DNA of 62,599 nt, the filler included, from Nitrospinota bacterium (GTDB lineage Bacteria > JADFOP01), in assembly GCA_022562795.1 (NCBI GenBank). It is 3 parts of 3 records of this genome, joined end to end, with 100 filler letters (N's around TTAATTAATTAA, not from the genome) between each part and the next. Parts side by side here need not be neighbours in the genome. Positions count along the whole stretch, not along the records: positions 1 to 25,187 come from JADFOP010000034.1; positions 25,288 to 49,412 come from JADFOP010000035.1; 1 more part is not named here. The stretch is one strand, 5' to 3'. The notes under the pieces are model-generated. The model had not been told where the DNA came from. It did no database searches and worked only from the letters and a program-made list of their open reading frames with translations. The translations under genes and the position numbers were made by a program. Below are positions 20,572 through 28,884 of this stretch, one piece after another (the first letter of the stretch is position 1; each line of letters starts with the position of its first letter).

Positions 20572-21120
20572 CTACGCCCCCTCTCTGGAGCCAGGACCTC
20601 TATGTAATGGCCGGGGGGGAAGATTGTAAACCTCTTCAGGAAAATGGTCGACGATGTGGTCTACGATGTCCTTAACCGAAACGATGCCCACCGGTTCGTG
20701 CTCATCGTTGACCAGAGGAATGTGCCGATAGCCACCAATATGCATGAAGTGGAGGGCGAAAGCCACAGTATCGTCGGGCCGGAGGCACTCGGGATCGGAG
20801 GTCATAATATCCTCGAGGTGGACGGCCGTCGGGTCTAGCCCGATGACCAGCACCTTCTGGATGATGTCCCGCTCCGAACAAATTCCGGCGACCTTCCCGT
20901 CTCGGACCACCAGAATGCACCCTACATGGTGTTGGCCCATGCGGGCGGCCGCATCAGCGACAAGCTCCGTCGGCTCAGCGGCTAGGGGCTCTGGAGTGCG
21001 GAGCTTGAGGTTCCTGAGGGGCTCGAGCAGAGTATCAGACCCTAAGGGCTTATGTCCTTTTGGGACCTCCCTGTATTGCCGAAACTCTTCTTCCATCTCG
21101 ATGTGGTCTGGGTCAATCAT
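20572..21120 (-). CDS. CBS-domain-pair protein
   Basis: GICSERD, GYRHIPLV, GIVSVKDI. Confidence 0.9.
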   Translation of the reverse strand: MIDPDHIEMEEEFRQYREVPKGHKPLGSDTLLEPLRNLKLRTPEPLAAEPTELVADAAARMGQHHVGCILVVRDGKVAGICSERDIIQKVLVIGLDPTAVHLEDIMTSDPECLRPDDTVAFALHFMHIGGYRHIPLVNDEHEPVGIVSVKDIVDHIVDHFPEEVYNLPPRPLHRGPGSREGA

Positions 21121-21329
21121 GGCCTTTATCTAGGTATCGGATTTCGTCTAGGGAAGAAAGAAATATCTTTGGAAAAGATAATAGGGGTGAGGAGAGCTAC
21201 TTGCAACCAGGAAATCGGCGACAAAGGGGGGCGGCAAGGCAAAGACGACCCTTATTTCAAGGGACCGAAGCTCCCCATACTGACACGCCAACATCAATCC
21301 GGCGCGCCGCTGCGACGGCCCCTCCTCTG

Positions 21330-21358
21330 TTGACGACTCCAATAAGCCCCCCCATACT
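21330..21358 (+). promoter_or_regulatory. Putative sigma70 promoter
   Basis: TTGACG-N17-CATACT upstream of 21407. Confidence 0.5.
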
Positions 21359-21406
21359 GTTTATCATAACCCCTAACCGTACCGTCCATATCAGTATCGG
21401 GAGGAG

Positions 21407-23512
21407 ATGATGAGCCGGGAGAGCCGGTTGGCGAATGAGGCCAGCGCCTACTTGCGAAGCGCCACCCACCAGCCTGTGGAATGGCGCCCGTGGGGGGAGG
21501 AAGCCTTCGCCGAGGCGGCCTCGCAGGGCAAGCCCATTCTCCTGGATATCGGCGCCGTCTGGTGCCACTGGTGCCACGTCATGGACGGCGAGAGCTACGA
21601 GGACGAAGAGACGGCCGCCCTCATCAACGACCGCTTTATCGCCGTCAAGGTCGACCGGGACGAGCGGCCCGATGTGGACGTGCGCTACCAGAAGGCGGTA
21701 AGCGCCCTTACGGGCCAGGGCGGCTGGCCGCTGACGGCCTTTCTCACCCCTGAGGGTGATGTTTTTTACGGCGGGACCTACTTTCCCCCCGAGGACCGCC
21801 ACGGGCGTCCCAGCTTCAAAAGCGTCCTCAGGCAGGTTAGCGACCACTACAATAACCAGCAGGCGTCGGTCCTGCAGAACGCCCAGCGCATCGCCCAGGT
21901 CATGGAAGAGAAGACCTTCGCCCAGGCTACCCCCGGCGCCATCACCGACGAGCTCCTCGCAGGCGCCGTCACTCAAATGATGAGCGAGTTCGACCCGACC
22001 CACGGCGGCTTCGGCCGCGCGCCCAAGTTTCCGCACCCCGGGGCCCTGGAGCTGCTGCTTCGCAGGGCCCACCTCGCCCGCGACGGAAACGCAATGGCGG
22101 TGGTAGTAAAGACCCTCACAGGCATGGGCGCCGGTGGCATCTACGACCATTTGGCCGGCGGCTTCCACCGCTACTCGACCGACGAGCGATGGTGCGTGCC
22201 CCACTTCGAGAAGATGGCCTACGACAACGCCGAGCTGTTGCGAGTATACGTGCAGGCCTGGCAGGCGACCCGCGAGCCACTTCTCGAGGAGGTGGCCACC
22301 GGCATCATCCATTGGGTCGACGAGGTGGCGAGCGACCCGGCGGCGGGCGGCTTCTACGCGAGCCAGGACGCCGATGTGGGCCTCCACGACGACGGGGACT
22401 ACTTCACCTGGACGGTGGAAGAGCTCCAAGAGGTCCTCGACGGGGCCGACGAGCGCATCTTGGCGCTCCACTACAACATCTACGAGCGGGGCGAGATGCA
22501 CCACAACACCGCCAAGAACGTCCTCTTCCGCGACTTCTCGGCCGAGGAGATAGCCGAGCGGCTCTCGCTAGAGCCCGACGATGTGCGGGCCAGAATCGCC
22601 TCCGGGAAAAAGGCCCTTGTACAAGCACGCGACAAGAGGCCCACCCCTTTCGTCGACCCCACCCTCTACGTCAACTGGAACGGGATGATGGCCACCGCCT
22701 ACCTTGAGGCCGCCGCGGGCCTGGGAAGGGACGATTGCCGGGCGATGGCCGTCAAGACCCTGGAGCGGCTCTGGAGCGAGGATCTCACCGACGGCGAGGG
22801 CTTCCGCCACCGCGGCGGCGGCGACGGGGAGGCGCCGGGTGGGATGCTCGACGACCAGGTCCAGATGACCCGGGCGTTCCTCGCGGCCCACCAGGTCGAG
22901 GCCGAGCCGGTCTGGCTCGAGCGGGCCGAGACCGTGATGAAGATCATCCTCGATAATTACTGGGACGATGCCGGGGGCGGTCTTTTTGATACGGCCATCG
23001 GCCGCCGAGCAGAGGGGGGGCTCCGCTACCGCCACAAACCCATCCAGGACTCCCCTACCCCGGCGGCGAACGCCCTGGCCGCCCAGGCCTTAGGCCGGCT
23101 CCACGCGATCACCGGCAAGCTCCTCTATAAACACAAGTCGGAGGAAATTCTTAAAACCTTCGCCGAAGTCACGAAGAGCTCCGGCCTCTACGCGGCTAGC
23201 TACTTCCTCGCCCTGGATGAATTTTTGCACCCCTCCGCCCACGCCGTCATTTTAGGGCCCCGTGACGACGAACGGACCCGGGAGCTCTACAATGCGGCTT
23301 TGGGCGCATTCCGGCCCGGCAAGCTGCTCACGCTTCTCGAGCCCTCCGAAGCCTCCGACCACCCGGCGCTTCCCGAGCCGGCCCGGGCCATGGTGGCGGC
23401 TTACGCCGGAGAGCCCACGGCGTACATCTGCGCGGGGCTCGCCTGCGCCCAGCCAACGAGCGACCCGGCCGAGGTCGCCTCCACCGTGACGAGCTTCGGC
23501 CTGGGAACGTAA
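21407..23512 (+). CDS. Thioredoxin-domain protein, YyaL/SPATA20 (DUF255) family
   Basis: SAYLR...PVEWRPWG, WCHWCHVM, VDRDERPDVD, GGWPLT, PHFEKM.YDNA. Confidence 0.92.
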   Translation: MMSRESRLANEASAYLRSATHQPVEWRPWGEEAFAEAASQGKPILLDIGAVWCHWCHVMDGESYEDEETAALINDRFIAVKVDRDERPDVDVRYQKAVSALTGQGGWPLTAFLTPEGDVFYGGTYFPPEDRHGRPSFKSVLRQVSDHYNNQQASVLQNAQRIAQVMEEKTFAQATPGAITDELLAGAVTQMMSEFDPTHGGFGRAPKFPHPGALELLLRRAHLARDGNAMAVVVKTLTGMGAGGIYDHLAGGFHRYSTDERWCVPHFEKMAYDNAELLRVYVQAWQATREPLLEEVATGIIHWVDEVASDPAAGGFYASQDADVGLHDDGDYFTWTVEELQEVLDGADERILALHYNIYERGEMHHNTAKNVLFRDFSAEEIAERLSLEPDDVRARIASGKKALVQARDKRPTPFVDPTLYVNWNGMMATAYLEAAAGLGRDDCRAMAVKTLERLWSEDLTDGEGFRHRGGGDGEAPGGMLDDQVQMTRAFLAAHQVEAEPVWLERAETVMKIILDNYWDDAGGGLFDTAIGRRAEGGLRYRHKPIQDSPTPAANALAAQALGRLHAITGKLLYKHKSEEILKTFAEVTKSSGLYAASYFLALDEFLHPSAHAVILGPRDDERTRELYNAALGAFRPGKLLTLLEPSEASDHPALPEPARAMVAAYAGEPTAYICAGLACAQPTSDPAEVASTVTSFGLGT

Positions 23513-23550
23513 AAAAGCCCCCGACCTCCTCATCGGGGAAGTCGGGGGGG
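23511..23550 (-). terminator. Intrinsic terminator, probably bidirectional
   Basis: CCCCCGAC...GTCGGGGG stem followed by TTTTTT on the minus strand, between convergent genes. Confidence 0.7.
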
Positions 23551-23612
23551 TTACTCCGGGTGTCTGCCGGCGTAGCGGGGCCAGGACATCCCACCGGCTC
23601 AACAGTTTCTAC

Positions 23613-23629
23613 GCCCCGCGCCGCGGGGC
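23613..23629 (-). promoter_or_regulatory. Putative SECIS for the C-terminal UGA, lying in the 3' UTR
   Basis: GCCCCGC-GGC-GCGGGGC hairpin starting 14 nt after TGA 23646-44, with G at the start of the loop. Confidence 0.6.
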
Positions 23630-23634
23630 TCTGC

Positions 23635-23853
23635 TTACACCCCTCAGGTGCCGCCGTATCCTACGATGGCCCGGCCATCTTCGACGATGGTTGGGACCTC
23701 CCTAACCCCGCCGTTGGCCTGAAGCATCTCCTGTAGCTTGGCAGGCTCGGCCCTCACGTTGTAGTAGGTTACCGGCCCCTTCTGCTTGTACGCATCCAGC
23801 GCATCGTCTGTATAGGGTCAGCCGGGTTTCCCGTAGATAATGACATCGCCCAT
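23635..23853 (-). CDS. UXX-star-type glutaredoxin-like selenoprotein with two Sec (72 aa)
   Basis: AAAGGAG RBS. MGDVIIYGKPG-U-PYTDDALDAYKQKGPVTYYNVRAEPAKLQEMLQANGGVREVPTIVEDGRAIVGYGGT-U-GV-TAA. The glutaredoxin fold (VPTI, VGY) continues past the first TGA. Absent from the ORF track. Confidence 0.88.
23789..23803 (-). promoter_or_regulatory. Putative SECIS for the first UGA, within the CDS
   Basis: UGCGC-UGGAU-GCGUA hairpin with its loop 19 nt after TGA 23820-18. Confidence 0.45.
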
Positions 23854-23975
23854 CCTGCATCTCCTTTCAAAAGAATACCGCAGGAATTTCTCGTTCTAAT
23901 ATTGGCCTTCTTCATGGGAAGTCAAGGGCTGCGGCAACCGCGCCGTCGTGCCAACGCCCGCCTTTCCCATACCCC

Positions 23976-24725
23976 TTACACCGTCAGGGTCATCAGGTCC
24001 TCGGCGATGGTGACGGGGCCGCCGTACTCCTTCTTACAAGGCCCGACGAGGTCCGCGCCCTCGCATACGGGGTAGAAGTGGACCAGCGCCAGGGCCTTCG
24101 CCTCGGACTCCGCGGCGATACGCCCGCAGAGGGTGGGCGAGAGGTGGACCTCTACCTTCAGCTCATCGGGGGTGGCGCATTCCAGGATCAGCAGATCGCT
24201 GCCGCGCGCGAGCCGAACAATCGCCTCGCAGTAGTCGGTATCGCCCGAGTAGGTGAGGCTCACGCCGTCGGCCTCGATACGGTAGGCGAGGCTCGAGGGG
24301 TGGTGGACGACGGGGGCAGCCTGTACGGACCAGCCATCCCCTTCCACCGGCTCGCCGCCGATCTCCTCTACGTCGATATCGAAATCGGTGGCCTCGACCC
24401 ACGGGTGGTAGGCGGCCTGGAGGCCCCGGAAGAAGGCCTCAAAACCCGGCCCGCCGTAGAGCCTCAAGGGGCCGGTTCTCAGAGCCTCTGGGTTTTTCGA
24501 GGCGAATACCAGCGGGACCAGGTCGGCCACGTGGTCCGGGTGGATGTGGGTGTAGAAGAAGTGTTCGACGTCGTTGATGTAGAGGCCCGTCGAGACTAGC
24601 TGGCGGAGCACCCCTGGCCCGGTGTCGAAGACCAGTGGCTCGCCCGCGGCCCGAACGAGCAGGCTCGTCGGCGCCCTTATCACCGAAGGGATGGCGGTTC
24701 CCGTCCCGAGAAAGGTGACCTCCAT
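23976..24725 (-). CDS. MBL-fold metallo-hydrolase, RNase Z-like
   Basis: FLGTG, THIHPDH, YSGDT. Confidence 0.88.
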   Translation of the reverse strand: MEVTFLGTGTAIPSVIRAPTSLLVRAAGEPLVFDTGPGVLRQLVSTGLYINDVEHFFYTHIHPDHVADLVPLVFASKNPEALRTGPLRLYGGPGFEAFFRGLQAAYHPWVEATDFDIDVEEIGGEPVEGDGWSVQAAPVVHHPSSLAYRIEADGVSLTYSGDTDYCEAIVRLARGSDLLILECATPDELKVEVHLSPTLCGRIAAESEAKALALVHFYPVCEGADLVGPCKKEYGGPVTIAEDLMTLTV

Positions 24726-24728
24726 CGT

Positions 24729-25187
24729 CTACGTCACCAGAACGGCCTTGCCGATGACGGCCCTGGCGCTCAACGCCTCCTGGGCCGCCCGGGCCTCCTC
24801 GAGGGGGTATGTGGCGTGGATGACGGGCTCAAGGCGGCCTTCGTCAACGAGCTTAAGGATGGTGGCCAGCTCCGAGCGCGTCCCGCCGGTCGAGCCGATG
24901 AGGTGGTGCTGCTGGAGGAAGAGGTTCCAGATGTTGAGGGTCGCCTCGCCCCCCGTATGCGCCCCGCAGGTAACGATCCGCCCGCCCCGGCTCAAGCTGG
25001 CCACAGCGTCATCCCATACCGCCTGGCCCACCATCTCGCAGACGACATCGGCCCCCTTCCCGTCGGTGGCCTCGCGGACGGCCTCGGCGATGTTTTCCCT
25101 CGTATGGTTGATTACGACATCCGCCCCGAGCTCGCGGGCCCTGGCGAGCTTCTCATCCGTCGAGGCGACCGCCACGAACCGCGCTCC
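24729..25187 (-). CDS. Zinc-binding dehydrogenase / quinone oxidoreductase (MDR family); 5' partial at gap
   Basis: LGADVVIN, GGRIVTCG, IGKAVL. Confidence 0.85.
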   Translation of the reverse strand, partial: GARFVAVASTDEKLARARELGADVVINHTRENIAEAVREATDGKGADVVCEMVGQAVWDDAVASLSRGGRIVTCGAHTGGEATLNIWNLFLQQHHLIGSTGGTRSELATILKLVDEGRLEPVIHATYPLEEARAAQEALSARAVIGKAVLVT

Positions 25188-25287
25188 NNNNNNNNNNNNN
25201 NNNNNNNNNNNNNNNNNNNNNNNNNNNNNNNTTAATTAATTAANNNNNNNNNNNNNNNNNNNNNNNNNNNNNNNNNNNNNNNNNNNN
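25188..25287. other. Assembly gap / contig linker
   Basis: N-run + TTAATTAATTAA (stops in all frames) + N-run. Confidence 0.97.
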
Positions 25288-25288
25288 A

Positions 25289-25447
25289 GAGTTGGGCCCC
25301 GGGGAGGTGGCCGACTGGCGGAAGGAAGTCGCGATGGAGGAGGCCCGTTTGCAGTTCCTCGCCGCGAAGACGGACGAGGAGCGGGAGCGGGCTTACGAAG
25401 CGATAAAGCGGCTCGACCCCGGGGCGGCCGAAGGTCTCTTGGAGTAG
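25289..25447 (+). CDS. 3' end of a hypothetical protein truncated by the gap
   Basis: Open frame ELGPGEVADWRKEVAMEEARLQFLAAK...GLLE-TAG with host-like codon usage. Confidence 0.55.
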   Translation, partial: ELGPGEVADWRKEVAMEEARLQFLAAKTDEERERAYEAIKRLDPGAAEGLLE

Positions 25448-25517
25448 GTCGGGGAGGCCGCCGGCCTTCGCGTCGGGGCGCATCACACACCCAGATTCGC
25501 AACTCACCTGATCACAT

Positions 25518-25557
25518 GTAGGGACCCGCCTCAGGCGGGCCTGAGGCGGGTCCCTAC
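25518..25557. repeat. GTAG-type REP-like palindrome
   Basis: Perfect 18-bp arms GTAGGGACCCGCCTCAGG / CCTGAGGCGGGTCCCTAC around a 4-nt loop. Confidence 0.75.
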
Positions 25558-26108
25558 CTCTCAAGGCAACCCTCGAAAAAAGTAATAAGGTCGGCGCGCC
25601 CTAAATCCTCTTCCAGCCCTCGAAGGATTGGTTCGATGTATTCACGGTCCAACTGGGGTCCGAGGCGGTGGATTATCCCCCGCACGTCTTCGCGGTCCTG
25701 GGGACGCTCAGAAATTATTTTGTGGATGATGAGGTCCTCAGGTGAGCAGATGAGAACGGGCACTCCCCCAAAATCGATGGCGCGCGCGCGTTGGATGGCC
25801 TGCTCCTCATACGGCAGTTGCCCAAAGATGATGTCTATGCGGATACCCTCTGTGGTCTCGGCCGCTAAGACGCGGGTCCGTTCTACGAAGGCTACCGGTT
25901 CTTCAGGCAGAAGGCGCAAGTGTTCTCCCAGGCGATCGATCAAAGTAGGAATCCGTTCCTCCTCGACCCAAACCGTTACGTCTACATCCATGGTTGCACG
26001 CGGGACGCCCCACACCAGGTTCGCAATCCCCCCGATGACCATATAGGGGACCTCTTCGGCGTTGAGCAACCGGGACAGCGATATAAGCGCCTGCTCTAGG
26101 GCGCTCAT
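25554..26108 (-). CDS. Nucleotidyltransferase, AbiEii/DUF6036-like
   Basis: YMVIGGIA...PRATMDVD, SPEDLIIHK...RPQDREDV. Confidence 0.8.
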   Translation of the reverse strand: MSALEQALISLSRLLNAEEVPYMVIGGIANLVWGVPRATMDVDVTVWVEEERIPTLIDRLGEHLRLLPEEPVAFVERTRVLAAETTEGIRIDIIFGQLPYEEQAIQRARAIDFGGVPVLICSPEDLIIHKIISERPQDREDVRGIIHRLGPQLDREYIEPILRGLEEDLGRADLITFFEGCLER

Positions 26109-26338
26109 GGGGAGACCCGTACGAAGCGAAGCACTTTCCGCACAGCCCGGATGGCCTCAACTGATTTTTCCAGCGACTCCTCGGTAGCCTCTTTTCCGTG
26201 AAGCCGGAGGTAGAGGTCCGCAAGCTCACCGGCCCGCGCCAAGCGCTCTTGGGGGGTGGAGCGATCCGTCTGGCTTCGCTCCCAATCGTGGAAACGGCGC
26301 CAGGCCGCCTCGCGCTCGGCCCAAGCCTGTTTGGTCAT
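26105..26338 (-). CDS. Small protein coupled to the nucleotidyltransferase (possible TA partner)
   Basis: 77 aa, ATGA overlap with the downstream gene, 'TPQERL' motif. Confidence 0.65.
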   Translation of the reverse strand: MTKQAWAEREAAWRRFHDWERSQTDRSTPQERLARAGELADLYLRLHGKEATEESLEKSVEAIRAVRKVLRFVRVSP

Positions 26339-26536
26339 GATACCTGCCCCGCAGATTATGTTATGTTGTATCCGGGTAGTTTGGCCTTCCGCCTAAGGCG
26401 GAGACCCCCGACCCTGACTACCCTTTAATCTCCTTTTGAGGTTTGGCGTATCTCAAAGTTCGGCACGGACAATTTTAACAATATCAGGATTAGACCGTTT
26501 AAGGAAGGCTGAGTTGGATATCAGAAAGCACACCAT

Positions 26537-26636
26537 GTAGGGACCCGCCTGAGGTCCGCCTAAGGCGGAGTCGGCCCGAATACCCGGAGGGGCGGACAGG
26601 GAGTCGCAGGCGACCTTTGGTCGACCCTGTCCCTAC
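26537..26636. repeat. REPIN-like element bounded by GTAGGGAC ... GTCCCTAC
   Basis: Inverted GTAG/CTAC termini. CATGTAGGGACCCGCCT (26534-50) is identical to 25515-31. Contains an internal TCCGCCTAAGGCGGA palindrome. Confidence 0.65.
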
Positions 26637-26662
26637 AAAAACCGAAAAAATCGCTCTCCATT

Positions 26663-26689
26663 CGGGAAGTGCGGGAAGTACGGGAAGTG
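26663..26689 (+). repeat. 3 x 9-bp tandem repeat CGGGAAGT(G/A)
   Basis: cgggaagtg cgggaagta cgggaagtg. Confidence 0.85.
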
Positions 26690-27006
26690 CGTGACGACAG
26701 GCCCGCCTGTTTTGTGATACTCCTCTCTTAGAAGGTGAAAGTCGCATCGCCGGATGTAAGGAGATGGAGTCGTTATCCGCCTGAGGCGGACCAAAATAGG
26801 CTTGGGGGTCCCCCTTAGGAGGACTCATGCGGAACTACCCTATAAGATGCCCCGCCTCGGCAGCGGGCCGCCCCTGGGCGCGTCTTTGTTTCTTGGGGGC
26901 CTCTACTCCCCGTGGGACTCTACGATTTCCGCGAATTTCCGCGATTTTCCGAATAAGAGGCATCTGGGGTTTTCGTTTTTGCCGCCAGACAACTTCAAAA
27001 GATAAT

Positions 27007-28044
27007 ATGCCGCGAGTCAATTTCCAGATACGCATAGGAGGCGCGCCCAGGACGGTGCGCGCTCTCCGGCTCAAGGCAGCCCCGCTCATAACAACAATCC
27101 TCGCGGCCTCGCTATTGCTTGGCGCCGCTCCCTCACAGTCGTCGGGCTCCGATAAACCAACAGACCGCGCGGCGGCTCTGGTGGCTGGCGACCCGGTCGG
27201 CCGAGAGTGGCTGGCCGTAAGGGAAGCCGCCGGGAGAGACGATTTGGCGCCAGGGGAGCTCCTTCGCCTCCTCGCCCCATGGGCTAAGCGCTACCACGCG
27301 GCTCTGCCCCCGACGCTGCGCTCCCAGCGCCGCCACCCCGCCGCTTCGCCATTGGGCGCCTCAGGCGAGCGGAAGGCCATCTCGTCACTGATCGGGGCCA
27401 TTGACGATGCCGTCCGCCGAAGCGTCGCGGCGAAGAGCTGGGAGCCGATGGGGGAGCTCGCTCCCTGGGAGGCCTTCCTTACAGAGCATGGGTTCCACCT
27501 TACGGGGGACCGCCCGAGCCGCTACATCGTCGGGGTGCGCCACCGCACGTACAGCCGGCCGCCGCGACTGCCGCAGGCCATCCACTCCCTCTTGCTGACC
27601 ACCCGGGTAGAGAGACGCTCGACCATCTTCGCTCTCGCCGTTCGCTACACCTATCCCACGAAGGTCGCCCAGCGGATCGAGGCTCTCGAGAGGACGGCGG
27701 GCGACTACGAAGGGGCGCTGGCCCTTCGACTGCCGGCCTTTCAGGCCGATCGTCCCCTCTTGCTTGCCCTTGGGAGGCAAGCCCTTGCTGAGACATGGCC
27801 CGCCCATCAAGAGGGGTGGAGAGAATTCGTCCATTATATAAGCGCCCAGGCCTTGGTCGTCTCCCGGGCGCGCGTCCTCGCTGCGAAAGACCCCCCGACC
27901 CTCAGCGAGGTTCGACGCTTCGGCGGCCTCATCGCCCACCTCTACGACATCGGCCCCGACGGACGCCTCGAAATTACGCCAGAGGCCAACGCCCTCGACC
28001 TGCGCGGCAATCCCCTATACGGCGTCCGGACAGAAGCCCGATGA
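27007..28044 (+). CDS. Hypothetical exported protein
   Basis: Long ORF with hydrophobic segment LITTILAASLLLGAAPS. Start uncertain (27007 or GTG 27055). Confidence 0.55.
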   Translation: MPRVNFQIRIGGAPRTVRALRLKAAPLITTILAASLLLGAAPSQSSGSDKPTDRAAALVAGDPVGREWLAVREAAGRDDLAPGELLRLLAPWAKRYHAALPPTLRSQRRHPAASPLGASGERKAISSLIGAIDDAVRRSVAAKSWEPMGELAPWEAFLTEHGFHLTGDRPSRYIVGVRHRTYSRPPRLPQAIHSLLLTTRVERRSTIFALAVRYTYPTKVAQRIEALERTAGDYEGALALRLPAFQADRPLLLALGRQALAETWPAHQEGWREFVHYISAQALVVSRARVLAAKDPPTLSEVRRFGGLIAHLYDIGPDGRLEITPEANALDLRGNPLYGVRTEAR

Positions 28045-28169
28045 GGCGCGTTGGAGTTAGAATGGGTCTTAGGGTTTCCAGCCTAAAAAAATGCACCGGA
28101 CCGATTAGTCTAGACCATCTTCGGGCCGCAGAGGGCTATAAGGATAAGTCTCAAGAAACCATAGGCTCC

Positions 28170-28198
28170 TTGACAGCATAGTTCGGCGCATCTACAAT
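28170..28198 (+). promoter_or_regulatory. Putative sigma70 promoter
   Basis: TTGACA-N17-TACAAT. Confidence 0.6.
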
Positions 28199-28249
28199 CT
28201 CCCAAGCATTTCACCTTGTTTTCTCTGGCCGCTTATAGGGTAGCGGGTT

Positions 28250-28816
28250 ATGGCTTTTCTACGGGATGAAAGGGTTCATTTGTTCGTGGTCTGCCTGCTT
28301 TGCCTCGTGATGATAGCTGCCCCTGCCAAGGCGGTTTCCAGGGGCGGGCGGGCTCCATCCTTCACTCTCCCCGACATCTCCGGCAGGCCTACCGCCCTTT
28401 CCGACCTCCTCCGAGGCCGCCAGGCCGTAGTCCTCGCCCTTGGGACAGCTTGGAGCTACCAATTTCCTCAGTGGATGGAGGAGCTCCGGCGGCTGGCCGA
28501 CCGCTACTCCGACGGGAGTGTCGCCGTGGCCGCTGTCTTCCTCAAGGACAAGCCCAAGAGCGTGCGGCTCTTCGTCAACCGATACGGCCTGACCCGCAGC
28601 GGGGTATTGCTCCTGGTCGACTCCAACGGAAGCCTCATCGAGCCGTACGGGATTAGGGAAATACCGCGCATCCTGCTGCTTGATGGGACCGGAACCATCC
28701 ACTACGACGGCCCCGTGGACAAGATTGAAGACTCAGTGGCTCGCCTCTTGCGGGGAGAAGCCGTCCCGAGGCGACCCAGGAGGCCCGAGTTTACCAAACC
28801 ACCTCCACTATATTGA
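28250..28816 (+). CDS. Exported TlpA/AhpC-TSA-like redoxin lacking CxxC
   Basis: APSFTLPDISG, YGIREIP.ILLLD..G.I; W-S-Y-Q-F where WCxxC is expected. Confidence 0.75.
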   Translation: MAFLRDERVHLFVVCLLCLVMIAAPAKAVSRGGRAPSFTLPDISGRPTALSDLLRGRQAVVLALGTAWSYQFPQWMEELRRLADRYSDGSVAVAAVFLKDKPKSVRLFVNRYGLTRSGVLLLVDSNGSLIEPYGIREIPRILLLDGTGTIHYDGPVDKIEDSVARLLRGEAVPRRPRRPEFTKPPPLY

Positions 28817-28884
28817 TGCCCTGCCCAAAGAGATCCGCCGCCCCGGGCAGGGACGGCGGATTCAATTCTTAAAACGTTCTGAAG

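Noticed and set aside
21257-22504. 415-aa minus-strand ORF
   Set aside because: Antisense to the well-supported YyaL-family gene.
25188-25287. TTAATTAATTAA inside N-runs (also 49413-49512)
   Set aside because: Artificial six-frame-stop contig linker, not biology. Synteny across it was not used.
26537-26790. CRISPR array suggested by recurring palindromes
   Set aside because: Repeats are short, irregularly spaced and nested; no unique spacers of regular length and no cas genes.
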